Part shown: piece by piece, positions 13,001-24,050 of the stretch
How the letters are laid out: each line of letters opens with the position of its first letter
Position numbering within the stretch: position 1 is the stretch's first letter
Origin: Eledone cirrhosa
Lineage: Eukaryota
Assembly: GCA_964016885.1 (NCBI GenBank)
Contig: OZ024740.1
Span: forward strand, 119,350,001-119,414,000
Length of the DNA: 64,000 nucleotides
Direction of reading: 5' to 3'
The notes under the pieces: model-generated
Databases searched by the model: none
Told to the model about the DNA's origin: nothing
Seen by the model: only the letters and a program-made list of their open reading frames with translations
Translations under genes and position numbers: made by a program

Positions 13001-13574
13001 AACAAATAAATCAATCAATTTTACTCTAACAAACCTTTGTGTTCTCACATTTCTGGAACTCATTGCGGCTATGAAAAGCAAAGGAAAAGAAAATGATTTT
13101 ATCCCATCAAAACAACATATGGAATGTGACAAAACCCAGCGTGTTTACCACTCACCAACAAAACCAGAACTAAACAAACAATGCAATAAATTTTGCATTA
13201 GAACCTTCCTTTTAACCCTTTATCTTTACCTTGCTTAATTATCAAAACAAATATTGAAAGACTCACCTCATCAATATGATATCAAATATGTTTTCTTTGT
13301 ACAAACATTGAAAACCAAACACTTATGTAAAATTATTTTTTACATATGTAGTATATGTTTATGATTCATTTATTTTTACTTTAAGACCCTATAAACGGTT
13401 GAAATGCTTCCTGCAGACAAAAAAATGTTACCTGGCTACAATCAACAAGGGCTGTAGTTAATTGTTTTCATATTTTTAGCATAGCATTTAAAAAACACCA
13501 AAATGGATTCAGGGCGCAATTGAGATAAGATAGTTTCAACAACAAATATTTCTATCATAAATATGAAGTTTAGT

Positions 13575-13995
13575 CTTCGGTTTTCCATGGCTTTCGGTGC
13601 ATCGAGCAGTGCGTAGTCGCCAACAGTTATGATCAGCGGCAGCTTTTTCGCATCCGTGCCATGTGATGTTAGTTACCATCAGGTCTTATTAGAATGTTCG
13701 TTGCCAGGTGATCCTGGGGAAACCTCGTTTCCTTTTCCTGCCAGGTGGAGTCCAGTTCATGACTGTTTTCGAAAGTCGTTCATTAGGCAGGTGCAGAATA
13801 TGGCCAGCCAGGCGGCACCGTCTCTCTGGAACCACCCTCTGCAGCGTCCATGATTTGGCTCACCGCAGGATTTCCTCGTTTCACACTCGGTCGTGCCAGG
13901 ACACACGAAGGATCTTTTGTAAGCACTGCTGGTGGAATGCATTCAGTCATCCCTCTATCTTTGCCGTGGTCTTCCAGGTTTCGTTTGCGTAACCT
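13575..13995 (-). mobile_element. RTE-like LINE 3' fragment, degenerate
   Basis: Minus frame ETWKTTAKIEG*LNAFHQQCLQKILRVSWHDRV*NEEILR. Confidence 0.75.
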
Positions 13996-14800
13996 TCACT
14001 TCGTTTATTCATTATTGCTGTTATGCCAACATAACTCTTGCATAACGGTTATCACCGAGACATATATATAACAGCAATTATGTATAAACGAAGTGAATTA
14101 TAACCTGTTGACTTCTACTTCATGATTATAAATATGCTCTCGAGTAAACAGACCCACTTGTGTACTTCATTGAGTGCTCTACCCTGCTTACTAAAGTGCC
14201 GGTGATAAACTATAGTATATCATGAGTAAAACTAGTAGTATATTTCTTCATTGTACCGCACACACACACGACACACATATATATTAACAGAGAGAAGAAC
14301 CAAGTTATACTTAAAAACTTTGTTCCTCTCACTATAAATACGTTTTTAGCCCTGCCGCCTCTATCCTAACAGTCTACAACAGAAGTCCGGGCTGGAAATA
14401 TCCTTTTAGAGTTTTAATGCTGCAAAAACACTCTATGTATTTGAATGGACCAGTTACCTCATCTGATCATGACGTAAATAAAAAAGCCATATATCTATAT
14501 CTATATATATACAATAATTGCTTTTACTGTTGGCTCAAGGCCAGCAATTCCCTCAATGCATCACTGGTGCTTTATTTTATCAACCTCGTAAGGATGAAAG
14601 GCAAAGTTAACCTTAGCGGGGTTTGAAATCAGAACGGAAAGGCTCATAACTATATGCTGCAAAGCATGGGGTCTCTTGCTCTACTGATACTGGCAATATA
14701 ATAATTGTTTCTACTTCAGGCACAAGGCCAATATAATAATAATAATAATAATTATTATTATTATTATTATTATCATAAGGGGTTTAGATCGATTATCCAG

Positions 14801-14848
<48 letters not shown>

Positions 14849-14851
<3 letters not shown>

Positions 14852-15740
14852 TTCCTCCCGTTTGGCTAACAGTGGGTCTCTTCTTGCTCACATCCCACTC
14901 ACACTGGACGTGTCTGTACCTTTCGCTCATGAAATCCACCTAGCTTATGCTGACCAGGACTACCATGTTGCTTGTTTAATTCCTTTCTTTGGTTTGCTTT
15001 TATCCTTCTATGTTGTTAACTTGTCCCCCTCGCTTTACGCGATATACTGGTCCCAATAACTTTTTTTGGTTATTGCTCGCACCAACCTGAGGTATCTGAT
15101 TTTTAATGCGATGAAATACCAATGATGGTTGGAAAATCACTGACGAAGGACTATTTTTATCATATGTAACCTATGTGCAACCACGCAGTATTCTTCTTTC
15201 TTCTCATGTTTTTTTATATATATTCACCTTGGCTGCGTTTGTCTGTTTCTCTCTTACTGCTTCCACGTTCTCTCTGTTTCTCCCACCTTCTTTCGCTCCC
15301 TCTGTCAATTACACTTTCTCTCGACTGACCGCTTCCTCGCACTTCCACTCGCTCACTCTCTGTTTCTCCCCTTCTCACTTCCTCTCGTTTGGCTAACAGT
15401 GGGTCTCTTCTTGCTTACATCCCACTCACACTGGACGTATCTGTACCTTTCGCTCATGAAATCCACCCAGCTTATGCTGACCAGGACTACCATATTGCTT
15501 GTTTATTTCCTTTCTTTGGTTTGCTTTTATCCTTCTATGTTGTTCACTTGTCTTCCTCGCTTTACGCGATTTACTGGTCCCAATAACTTTTTTTAGTTAT
15601 TGCTCGCACGAACCTGAGGTATATGATTTTTAATCCGATGAAATACCAATGATGGTTAGAAAATCACTGACGAAGGACTATTTTTATCATATGTAACCTA
15701 TATGCAACCACGCAGTATTCTTCTTTCTTCTCATGTTTTA
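14849..15740 (+). repeat. Head-to-tail partial tandem (14849-15222 and 15223-15740) embedded in (TA)n; PLE pLTR-like
   Basis: ~370 bp near-identical direct repeat; each unit ends in ttctcatgtttt followed by TA. Confidence 0.8.
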
Positions 15741-15749
15741 TATATATAT

Positions 15750-15926
<177 letters not shown>

Positions 15927-15931
15927 TATAT

Positions 15932-16500
15932 ATATTGTTATGCTTTGGGAGGGTCATGTTGCCAATAAGAACCACACGCACCAGTTGGTTACACTCCAAT
16001 TTATTATAAATTAAATTTATAAATTTAACAATTTATAAATTTCCGGTTGGTTGGTTGGTTCCATAACTGGACGGTTGTTCATATAGTGTCAAAGTTCTTT
16101 CGTCAAACATTTTGTGACCTCATCAGTGACTGGGATTCTTTTCTTTGTTTTTGTGCATCTCCTTTGTTCTGTCCTACGCCATCTTGTTTTTATATAAAAA
16201 CAAGAGTGCGTAGGACAGAACAAAGGAGATGCACAAAAACAAAGAAAAGAATCCCAGTCACTGATGAGGTCACAAAATGTTTGACGAAAGAACTTTGACA
16301 ATAAACAAACAACCGTCCAGTTATGGAATCAACCAACCGGAAATTTATAAATTCTTAAATTTATGAATTTAATTTATAATAAATTGGAGTGAAAGCAACT
16401 GGTGCGTGTGTTTCTTATTGGCAACATGACCCTCCCAAAGCATAACAATATCGGTTTCAACACACGTTTTCAGATAAAGAATCTTGCTAAACAAATTCAG

Positions 16501-16503
<3 letters not shown>
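15932..16503 (+). mobile_element. PLE fold-back: 520 bp palindrome (15932-16451) plus 52 nt tail, in (TA)n, with a hammerhead in each arm
   Basis: Centre ttttt-atat-aaaaa; the same pLTR follows a GIY-YIG C-terminus at 29776-30343. Confidence 0.9.
16257..16299 (+). ncRNA. Minimal type I hammerhead ribozyme with intact core (mirror copy at 16088-16130, minus strand)
   Basis: gtca CTGATGA g gtca..tgac GAAA gaac TT tgac. Confidence 0.8.
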
Positions 16504-16541
<38 letters not shown>

Positions 16542-16546
<5 letters not shown>

Positions 16547-17404
16547 TTGGGGAGGGTTGTAATAATATTGCCAGAATTAATAACATAAACCACTCACTGT
16601 TTGGTTGGGTTTTTGCTTCTGTATCTTTTATATCAGTTAATTTATTCAGTCCTCAATGTTTACCATTAACTGACCAAAGGTAAAAAATACAGATATAATA
16701 TAGACACAAACACATGTATATATAGTCTAACAAAGTTCTTTCGTTGCACATCTGCAACATTGTCAGTGGTGCTATTATGTTCCTTATGTTGTATTGTATA
16801 TCTACGCCATCTTTATTTAATCTGTTTATTTATTTATTTATTTATTTTTGTCTTCTCTGTGCATGCGTTTGCGTGTGTGTATAGTGTTTGGTGTGTGTTC
16901 GCGTTTGGGTGACTGTTTTGGTTATTGTATTCTATCTTAGTTTACTAGTGTGTGTGTTTATATGTGTTTGTTGTTATTGTGCTTGTGTATATATTTATGC
17001 ATTTATTTATATATCTCTTAGGTCAGTATTGTTAGTTTGGGTTTTGTTGTTATTCCATTTATTTTTTCTGTTTAGCTTTAGCCTTCTAAGTTCTATTTCA
17101 CTTGCCTCTCTGATTTGCCTATCTGGTGGGTCATTTCTATGTTTAGATATTATTTTAATTTCTATGTTGTCTATGTTATCCTTATGTTGTTGTCTGGCAT
17201 GTTCGTATAGTACTAAACCGTTTTTTCGACGAAAAAACGGTTCAGTACTAATAAATTAACTGATATAAAAGATACAGAAGCGAAAAACCAACCAAACAGT
17301 GAGTGTGTTCTGTTATTAATTCTGGCAATATTATTACAACATTATGACCCTCCCCAAGTATAACAATATTTGTTTCGACACACGATTTCATATCTAAAAT
17401 CTCG

Positions 17405-17485
<81 letters not shown>

Positions 17486-17526
17486 GAGGTTTTAGATATG
17501 AAATCGTGTGTCGAAACAAATATTGT
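16542..17526. mobile_element. Asymmetric PLE fold-back of a related family: long minus arm with a decayed hammerhead (~16731-16770), junction hairpin (17208-17250), short plus arm, tail (17363-17408) and an inverted copy of the tail (17481-17526)
   Basis: 16542-16645 is mirrored by 17249-17362; the tail is mirrored with 1 mismatch in 46 nt. Confidence 0.8.
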
Positions 17527-17566
<40 letters not shown>

Positions 17567-17567
17567 C

Positions 17568-17848
17568 GATTTAGGAAGCTCAGACACCGACTATAGCTGC
17601 AACTACAGTCAGTTGTTATAAAATACCTTAAAGAATAGGGTAAAGTGTCTTATACATCGATGAAATATTCCCAGTGGTCACTGGCAACATTTTCTCTGTC
17701 TCCCATGATCGTTACCCTATTTTAAAGCTACTTTATAGCAACTGACTGTAATTGCAATTGTGTTCTGTGCTTGAGCTTCCTATATCTAATAAGCTTATTT
17801 CATTACTGCTTGCAAAAGTTCGAGGTTCGCAATCAAAGATTATTTAAA
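17568..17848 (+). repeat. Older, diverged fold-back (arms ~17568-17643 and ~17712-17786) plus tail, between TA tracts
   Basis: taggaagctca...tacagtcagttgttataaa...aatagggtaa versus ttaccctatt...tttatagcaactgactgta...tgagcttccta. Confidence 0.7.
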
Positions 17849-17856
17849 TATATATA

Positions 17857-19480
17857 GCTTTTGTTGATTTTGAGAAAGCCTTTGACAGAGTCCCATGCCC
17901 CATTATGTGGTGGACCCTCAGAAAACTTGTGTTGATGAATGGCTTGTGAGAGCTATACAAGCCATGAATAAAGAACCAGTCAGCAAGGTTATTTTAACAA
18001 CGAATATAGTGAAGAGTTTAGCGTAAAAGTTGGTGTTCATCAATGCTGTGTCCTTATCCCCCTCCTAGTTATTATTGCCCTTCAGGCTATAACAGAGGAG
18101 TTCAAGATCGGCTGCCCATGGGAAGTTCTATACGCAGATGATCTAACGCTCATAGCTGAATCAATGGCTGAACTAGAGAAGGTATTCCAAACATGGAAGC
18201 ATGGCCTAGAATCAAAAGGCCTTAAAATTAACTTGTCTAAGACTAAAGTTCTAGTATGTAGGAAGGAAAATAGGGCACTGGTCCCCTCTGGGAAATGGCC
18301 ATGCACAGTGTGTAGGAAAGGAGTAGGCAGAAACTCCGTTTTTTATCCCAAATGAAAAGTATGGGTGCATAAAAGATGTAGTGGGATCACAGGTAAGCTA
18401 ACTAAGAATATATATTTTATATGTGGCCGGTGCTCAGGTGCAATAAGTAGTAGCAAGTGCCCACAGGATACTAGCTCATTCCATTGTCCAGATGGTTCTA
18501 TAGAAATAGTGGACACCTTCCGTTATCTGGGTGACAAAATCAGCAGTGGTGGAGGGTGCTCTGAAAGTACAGTAGCTAGAGTCAGAAGAGGATGGAAAAA
18601 GTTCAGAGATCTTATACCACTATTGGCCGCTTAAGGTTTCTCTCTAAAAATGAAAGGCAGACTGTATGATGCCTGCATACGAACAGCAATGTTATATGGT
18701 AGTGAGACATGGGCATTGTGTGCAGATGATCTATGCAGACAGGAGAAAAACGAAGCTTGCATGCTCCGTTGGATGTGTAAAAGTAATATACGTGAAGGGC
18801 AAAGCATAAATGAACTAAGTGAGAAATTAGGAATAAGAGGGATCAGATGCTGTTTACTCGAGAGAAAACTACGTTGGTATGGTCACGTGATGCGCATAAC
18901 AGACGACAGCTGTATAAAAAAGTGCAGGGCGATCAAAATAGATGGTAGCTACGGAGTAGGCAGACCCAGAAAAACCTGGGACGACTTGATAAATTCTGAC
19001 CTTACATACTTACACCTCTCCAAGAAAATGTCACTGGACCGAGATCTTTGGCGCTACACAGTAATACAGAAGACCCGCCTTGCCTAAGTACAAAGCGAAA
19101 CCTACAGTCAATAGGCACATCTTAACCAAAATACACCACCGTCCCACTACCCCTACCCCCACCCCATCTATACCACCCATTTCGATGTAAAGTTATGTTG
19201 GTACCACAACATCCAGTCGTAAATAAATGAGGTCGTGTAGGTGTCACGACAAAAAAACACACAGTCCACGCTGTAATGTGGTCGTGTAGGTAACACGGTA
19301 AAAACCTCCCAGTCCACACTGTAAACGTGGTTGGTGTTAGGAAGGGCATCCAGCCGTAGAAAACCTGCCAGACAGTCCTACACGAGCAAGACAACCAATC
19401 TTGCCTTAAATGGGACAATTCCCGTCTAAACCCATGCTAGCGTAGAAGATAGACGTTAAACGATGATGATGATGATGATG
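17857..19480 (+). mobile_element. RTE-clade LINE 3' half (pseudogene) with a PHD-like Cys/His insertion in the RT; (GAT)n tail
   Basis: FVDFEKAFDRV, LYADDL, KINLSKTK, WPCTVC..VHKRCSG..FICGRC, FRYLGD, LYGSETW, LRWYGHVMR; several stops and frameshifts. Confidence 0.92.
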
Positions 19481-19836
19481 AGTATCAGTGCTCTGAAATA
19501 TTGATGTATTTATGAATGTATGTATAGTATATTTGATAGTATGTATATTGCTCTGTTTAATCACCTCTTAAATATCACTGGAATTCTATAAGAATCCAGC
19601 TCCGATAAGTCTCGGCAGAAGCGAAGGGATATGCAATCTTGATAAGCGTTAACGAATGAGAAACAGCTGTCAGATGCTTCCCTTTGTTTTTGCCGTGACT
19701 AAGTAAGTGTCATAGTCACTACTTTAAAACTCATGGCGAATGGTCTTCAAACTGTTTTAAAATAAACATACAGTATATTATCAAATATACTATACATACA
19801 TTCATACATACATCACTATTTCAGAGCACTGATACT
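19481..19836 (+). mobile_element. PLE-like insertion with ~65 bp terminal inverted arms enclosing a decayed hammerhead with a long stem I (19608-19700)
   Basis: agtatcagtgctctgaaata... is mirrored at ...tatttcagagcactgatact; atct-TGATAA...GAAAcagctgTC-agat. Confidence 0.72.
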
Positions 19837-19852
19837 ATATATATATATATAT

Positions 19853-20040
19853 CATTATACTTTGGGAGGGTCATGCTGCCAATAAAAACACATGCACTTT
19901 TTGGTTTTCACTTCAATTTATTATAATTTTCCAGCTGGTTGGTTAAATAACCAGATTGTTGTTTATATATTTTGGCCTCCTCAGTGACTGATTTTTTACT
20001 TTGTGTCTCTATATTGTTCTGTCCTACACCATCTTTGGTG
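19853..20040 (-). mobile_element. Degenerate pLTR copy of the 15932/30 kb PLE family, hammerhead partly deleted
   Basis: ctttgggagggtcatgctgccaataa...cctcctcagtgactg...ttgttctgtcctacaccatctt. Confidence 0.75.
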
Positions 20041-20465
20041 TACGAATAATATTTTTAAGAACATGTGGTGTTATATATGAAAGCAAGTTGTCTGACACTC
20101 TACCGATGCTGCCAATCAACTAAACTTCAATAATATTGATAATGGTTTCTGATTTAGGCACAAGGTAAAACATTTTGGAGGAGAGGTGTCGATTACATCA
20201 ACCTCAGTGCATTACTGGTATTTAATTTTATTGAATTTGTAAAGATTAAAGGCGAAGCTAACTTGGGTAAGGTTTGAACTCAGAATATAATGGGTCCTAA
20301 CTACATGCCGCAAAGTATGCTTTCTGATGTTCTATTTATAATAATAATTATTATTATAATGATGGTATTCCCACTATATCTCACACACTCTCTCCCTCTC
20401 TTGCATTCTCCCCCTCTCTCTTCTATTTCCCTTTCTTTGTCCCCCCCCCCATCCCTCCTCTTTTT

Positions 20466-20507
<42 letters not shown>

Positions 20508-20513
<6 letters not shown>

Positions 20514-23463
20514 AGATCAAAAGATGGTTAAAGGAGTTCCATATATTTTATTATGCGCATTTGAAAAACAAACATCATCAAGCAATAATATTTGTGTTTT
20601 CATCAGATAAAACAGGAGAACATGATATGAAGGCCAAAAAACACCTGTGGATAGTGCAGTTTTAAATCAACATATGAAAAGTGGTTTTAGATTGATGTGT
20701 GATATTGGGAAAAATATTTTATTTAGAGAGGGGGGGGGGATGAAAAGAGAAGGAGATGAGAGGGAGAGATGGGTGATAGAGAGAAAGAGATAGATTTTAT
20801 AACTGAGAGGAGATATATTTTTTACATAGAGAGGTTGAAAACCGTTGGAAGATACTGTATAAATTAAAAATTTTGAAAATTAACGAAGGGAGGATATGTG
20901 CGAGGAAAAAATATTTTATTTAGGGAGGGGGGGTGGAAAGGATGAAAAAAAGGGGGAGGAGATGAGAGTGAAGGTGGAGAGGGAGAGATGGGTGATAGAG
21001 AGAAAGAGATAGTTTTTATAACTGAGAAAAAGATATATTGTTTTAATATAGAGAGGTTGGGAACCGTTGGAAGATAATGTATAAATTAAAGGAATTTGAA
21101 AATTAACGAAGGGAAATTATGTATGAAGATAGAGAGAAAAAAATAATAATTGTGGGTGAATATTCTAACGTCAAAAGAAGAAATGTATGTATTGTGGCAA
21201 TTTCAAAAATAGCGAAGAGAAAAATTGTTAAGGTTTGTGTGTTGAAGGATTTGAGAAAAATAATGTGAAGTTAAAGTTTGTATATTGATTGAATTGATAA
21301 TATGTGCGAATAAAGAGTTAATATGTATTAATAATGAGTTCGTTGATGGGGAGAAAAAAATAATAATAAATTAAGGATGAAATTGAGATTAAAAAGATTT
21401 ATGATAGAGAGAAAAAATAATAGTGATTGCGGATGAATATTCAAATGTCAAAAACAAATGTTATGATTTTACGAGAAGATAGAATGAGGGTAATGAGTAA
21501 ATGAGTATTATAGAGTGTATAATGCCCTTTAAAGTAAGGTAGATGGGTATATTTTAAAGAGGTGTATGTATATGTGCCTTTGAGAAAAGATTCTAAATTG
21601 ATAAAGAATTGAATATTAACTGTATACTTTGTGAAAAGTTCTATGGAATTTATGCAGGCAGATAGAAAACAAATCTGAGCGTCTATTTATTATAGAATCT
21701 AGGTTAGAGATAATGGTAAATTTTTCATTTAGGCAGAGATTACAGATTTTAGATAGAGAGCTGTTCAAGTATGAGGATGCAGAAGAAATCTTCTTCCAAA
21801 AGATGGTATATTTAATGTTTTTGTCTTTTAAGGACCATATGAGTTCTGAGAGAGCAGTGTTAGTTCTTTTAAGTTTGTATTTGAAAGATGAATGATGATT
21901 ATAGAGACGAGCTTTAAAAGAGGTGGAAGTGGAGCCAAAATAGGTGAAGGAATTGGTGCTAGTTATAATTTTACATTCATAAATTAAGTTTTTATCGAGG
22001 CAATGGTTGTTGAGAGGACATTTATTTTTAATGCGGCAGTTGTAATTAGAGAGATTATTAATGAGTGATCTAGTGTTATCTATAGAAGGAATTGGATTGG
22101 AGAAGTTGTTTGCGATAGGAATAATAGGAATAATAGTTTCTTGATTTAGATTTGGATTATGAACATTTAGCGAAGTTGTGTTTGACGTTGTATTTGGGTT
22201 TACAGAAGTTAGCCTAGGGTTTACAATGACGTCGGGAGTACTATTACTGTTATTATGAAATTCAATATTGGAAGGAAGAGATTTAGTATTTAATATTTTG
22301 TTGTTGTGTTTAGAGATGATGTTGGAAATATTGGAGGATGTAGAATACGAAAATTTGATGGTGTGTTTGTTAAATATTTTACTATAGATATGTGAGGGAG
22401 GGAAGCATTTATTTAAGGCACTAAAAAATAATTTAGGAATATTGTTATTAATATTGATGGAGAAAGGAGCATTATACCAAATTATGTTTTTGTATCTAAG
22501 TCTTTTATTAAAGTTATTGGAATGGTCATGATTAATTATTCTACTGTAAGTTTTTCTAGAATTTGTTTCTTTATTATATTTGATTTTATCTGGATAGCCG
22601 GCTTTAGAAAGTGCGTTATTATAGTAATTGGCGTTAGCATCAAAGATGTTTTTATTAGAAGATATGTTAGATATTCTATTTCCAATATTATTAACTATAG
22701 CATTCTTGATATTGGTAGGATGGTTAGATTTAAAGTTAACATAATTAAGGTTCTCATTGTTTTTATGGTAAGGGTAATATAGGCCAGTGTCAAGATTAAG
22801 AGATACATCCAAGAAATTAGCTAGTTTGATACTATTATCAAATTCAATTTTTAGGTTATGTTGGTTAAAGAGATTACGTATATTGTTCTTAATAATATTA
22901 AGTTTAACTATATTGCAATTTAGGATAGTAAAGAGTCCATCGTCACGATAAATTCCACCGCGAAGTTGAGGAATTTTCCGACTCAAAGAGTTCAAAATGA
23001 AGATACCAATTAAATCAGTCAATTGGGATGAATCGGATGCTCCCATTGTGATGTCGAAGTTGTTAGAGGTATCGGCTCTGGTCCAATATTCGTTGTTGAA
23101 CTCTAGGATGGTTTTACGTGCGGTGAGGATGATGTGAAGTTCATCTGTGGTGATGTCAGAATATTTAAGTGCGAAAGATAGAGCATTATTGAGAAGTGAA
23201 GGCGAAATGGAGGAATAGTAGCTGGCAATATCAAATTGAATAAATTTTAGTTTGTTTTTATTATCCAATTTGTTGAACCAGCCAATCACTTCAGAAGTAC
23301 CAAACCATAAATTTAGGTTTACAGAAGAGCAATTAGAACTAACCTGTGGGATAATCCTATCCAAGATGGCTTTACTAACAACCCCCAGATCAGATTTAGA
23401 GGGGGCGATTAATCTAACAGGTAGTTCAGTGCGAAAATTGTTTTTGTGATCCTTGAGATTTAT

Positions 23464-23466
<3 letters not shown>
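20508..23466 (-). mobile_element. Naiad-type Penelope-like element, 5'-truncated, in (TA)n; ~1.1 kb 3' UTR with internal duplications and a hammerhead at 20546-20612 (G12C)
   Basis: Stop-free RT/GIY-YIG frame; 3' end homologous to 63090-63256. Confidence 0.9.
21616..23466 (-). CDS. PLE RT + GIY-YIG endonuclease; the frame is open from the truncation point (~616 codons)
   Basis: NLKDHK, QFDIASYYSSI, ITMGASD, YRDDGL, FLDVSL, SNHP, IIWYNAPFS, NCRIKNKCPL..C, IYEC..YFGST..FKAR, CNLCLNEK, ICLH. Confidence 0.93.
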
Positions 23467-23533
<67 letters not shown>

Positions 23534-23555
23534 TATATAAATATATATATATAAA

Positions 23556-24050
23556 TACATTAAATAAATGGAAACTATATATATAAAACCATATTTATTT
23601 TATTATATATATTTCAAGGGTAACCAAGACAACATTGGTACGCTTTCATCAGATAAAATACAAAGTTTGTTTCATAAATAGAGACATACCCATGAAAATC
23701 ATACCTTATCGGTTGGAAATTCACGGGATTAGGGATTATTCAACTTTATGTGTGAATATGCAAATGAATATGTAAATCATTGAAAAGCAACTGTTTATTT
23801 AAATAACACTGGAGAAAGAGAGAGACAACAAATATAATGGGATAAAGATAAAAAATATTACGAGAGAGATAGCGAGAAGAAATAGACAAGAGAAGATGAA
23901 TATAACGTTAATTTGGAGGAAATATATTCTAAGTATAAATCTAATATTATGTGTATTTACGATTATTCGTTGTTTAAATTTCTTTTCTAATATAATATTT
24001 TCTGTTATAACTAAATAGATAAATAAATAAATAAATAAATAAATAAATAG
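23556..24050 (-). mobile_element. PLE pLTR/3' UTR (tail-less inverted arm), probably continuing at 27935 beyond the Tx1 insertion
   Basis: Homologous to the 2547 and 63306 arms; contains an intact hammerhead. Confidence 0.7.
23596..23660 (-). ncRNA. Type I hammerhead ribozyme, intact core, palindromic stem III
   Basis: tattttat CTGATGA aagcgtacca...tggttaccctt GAAA tatata TA ataaaata. Confidence 0.85.
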
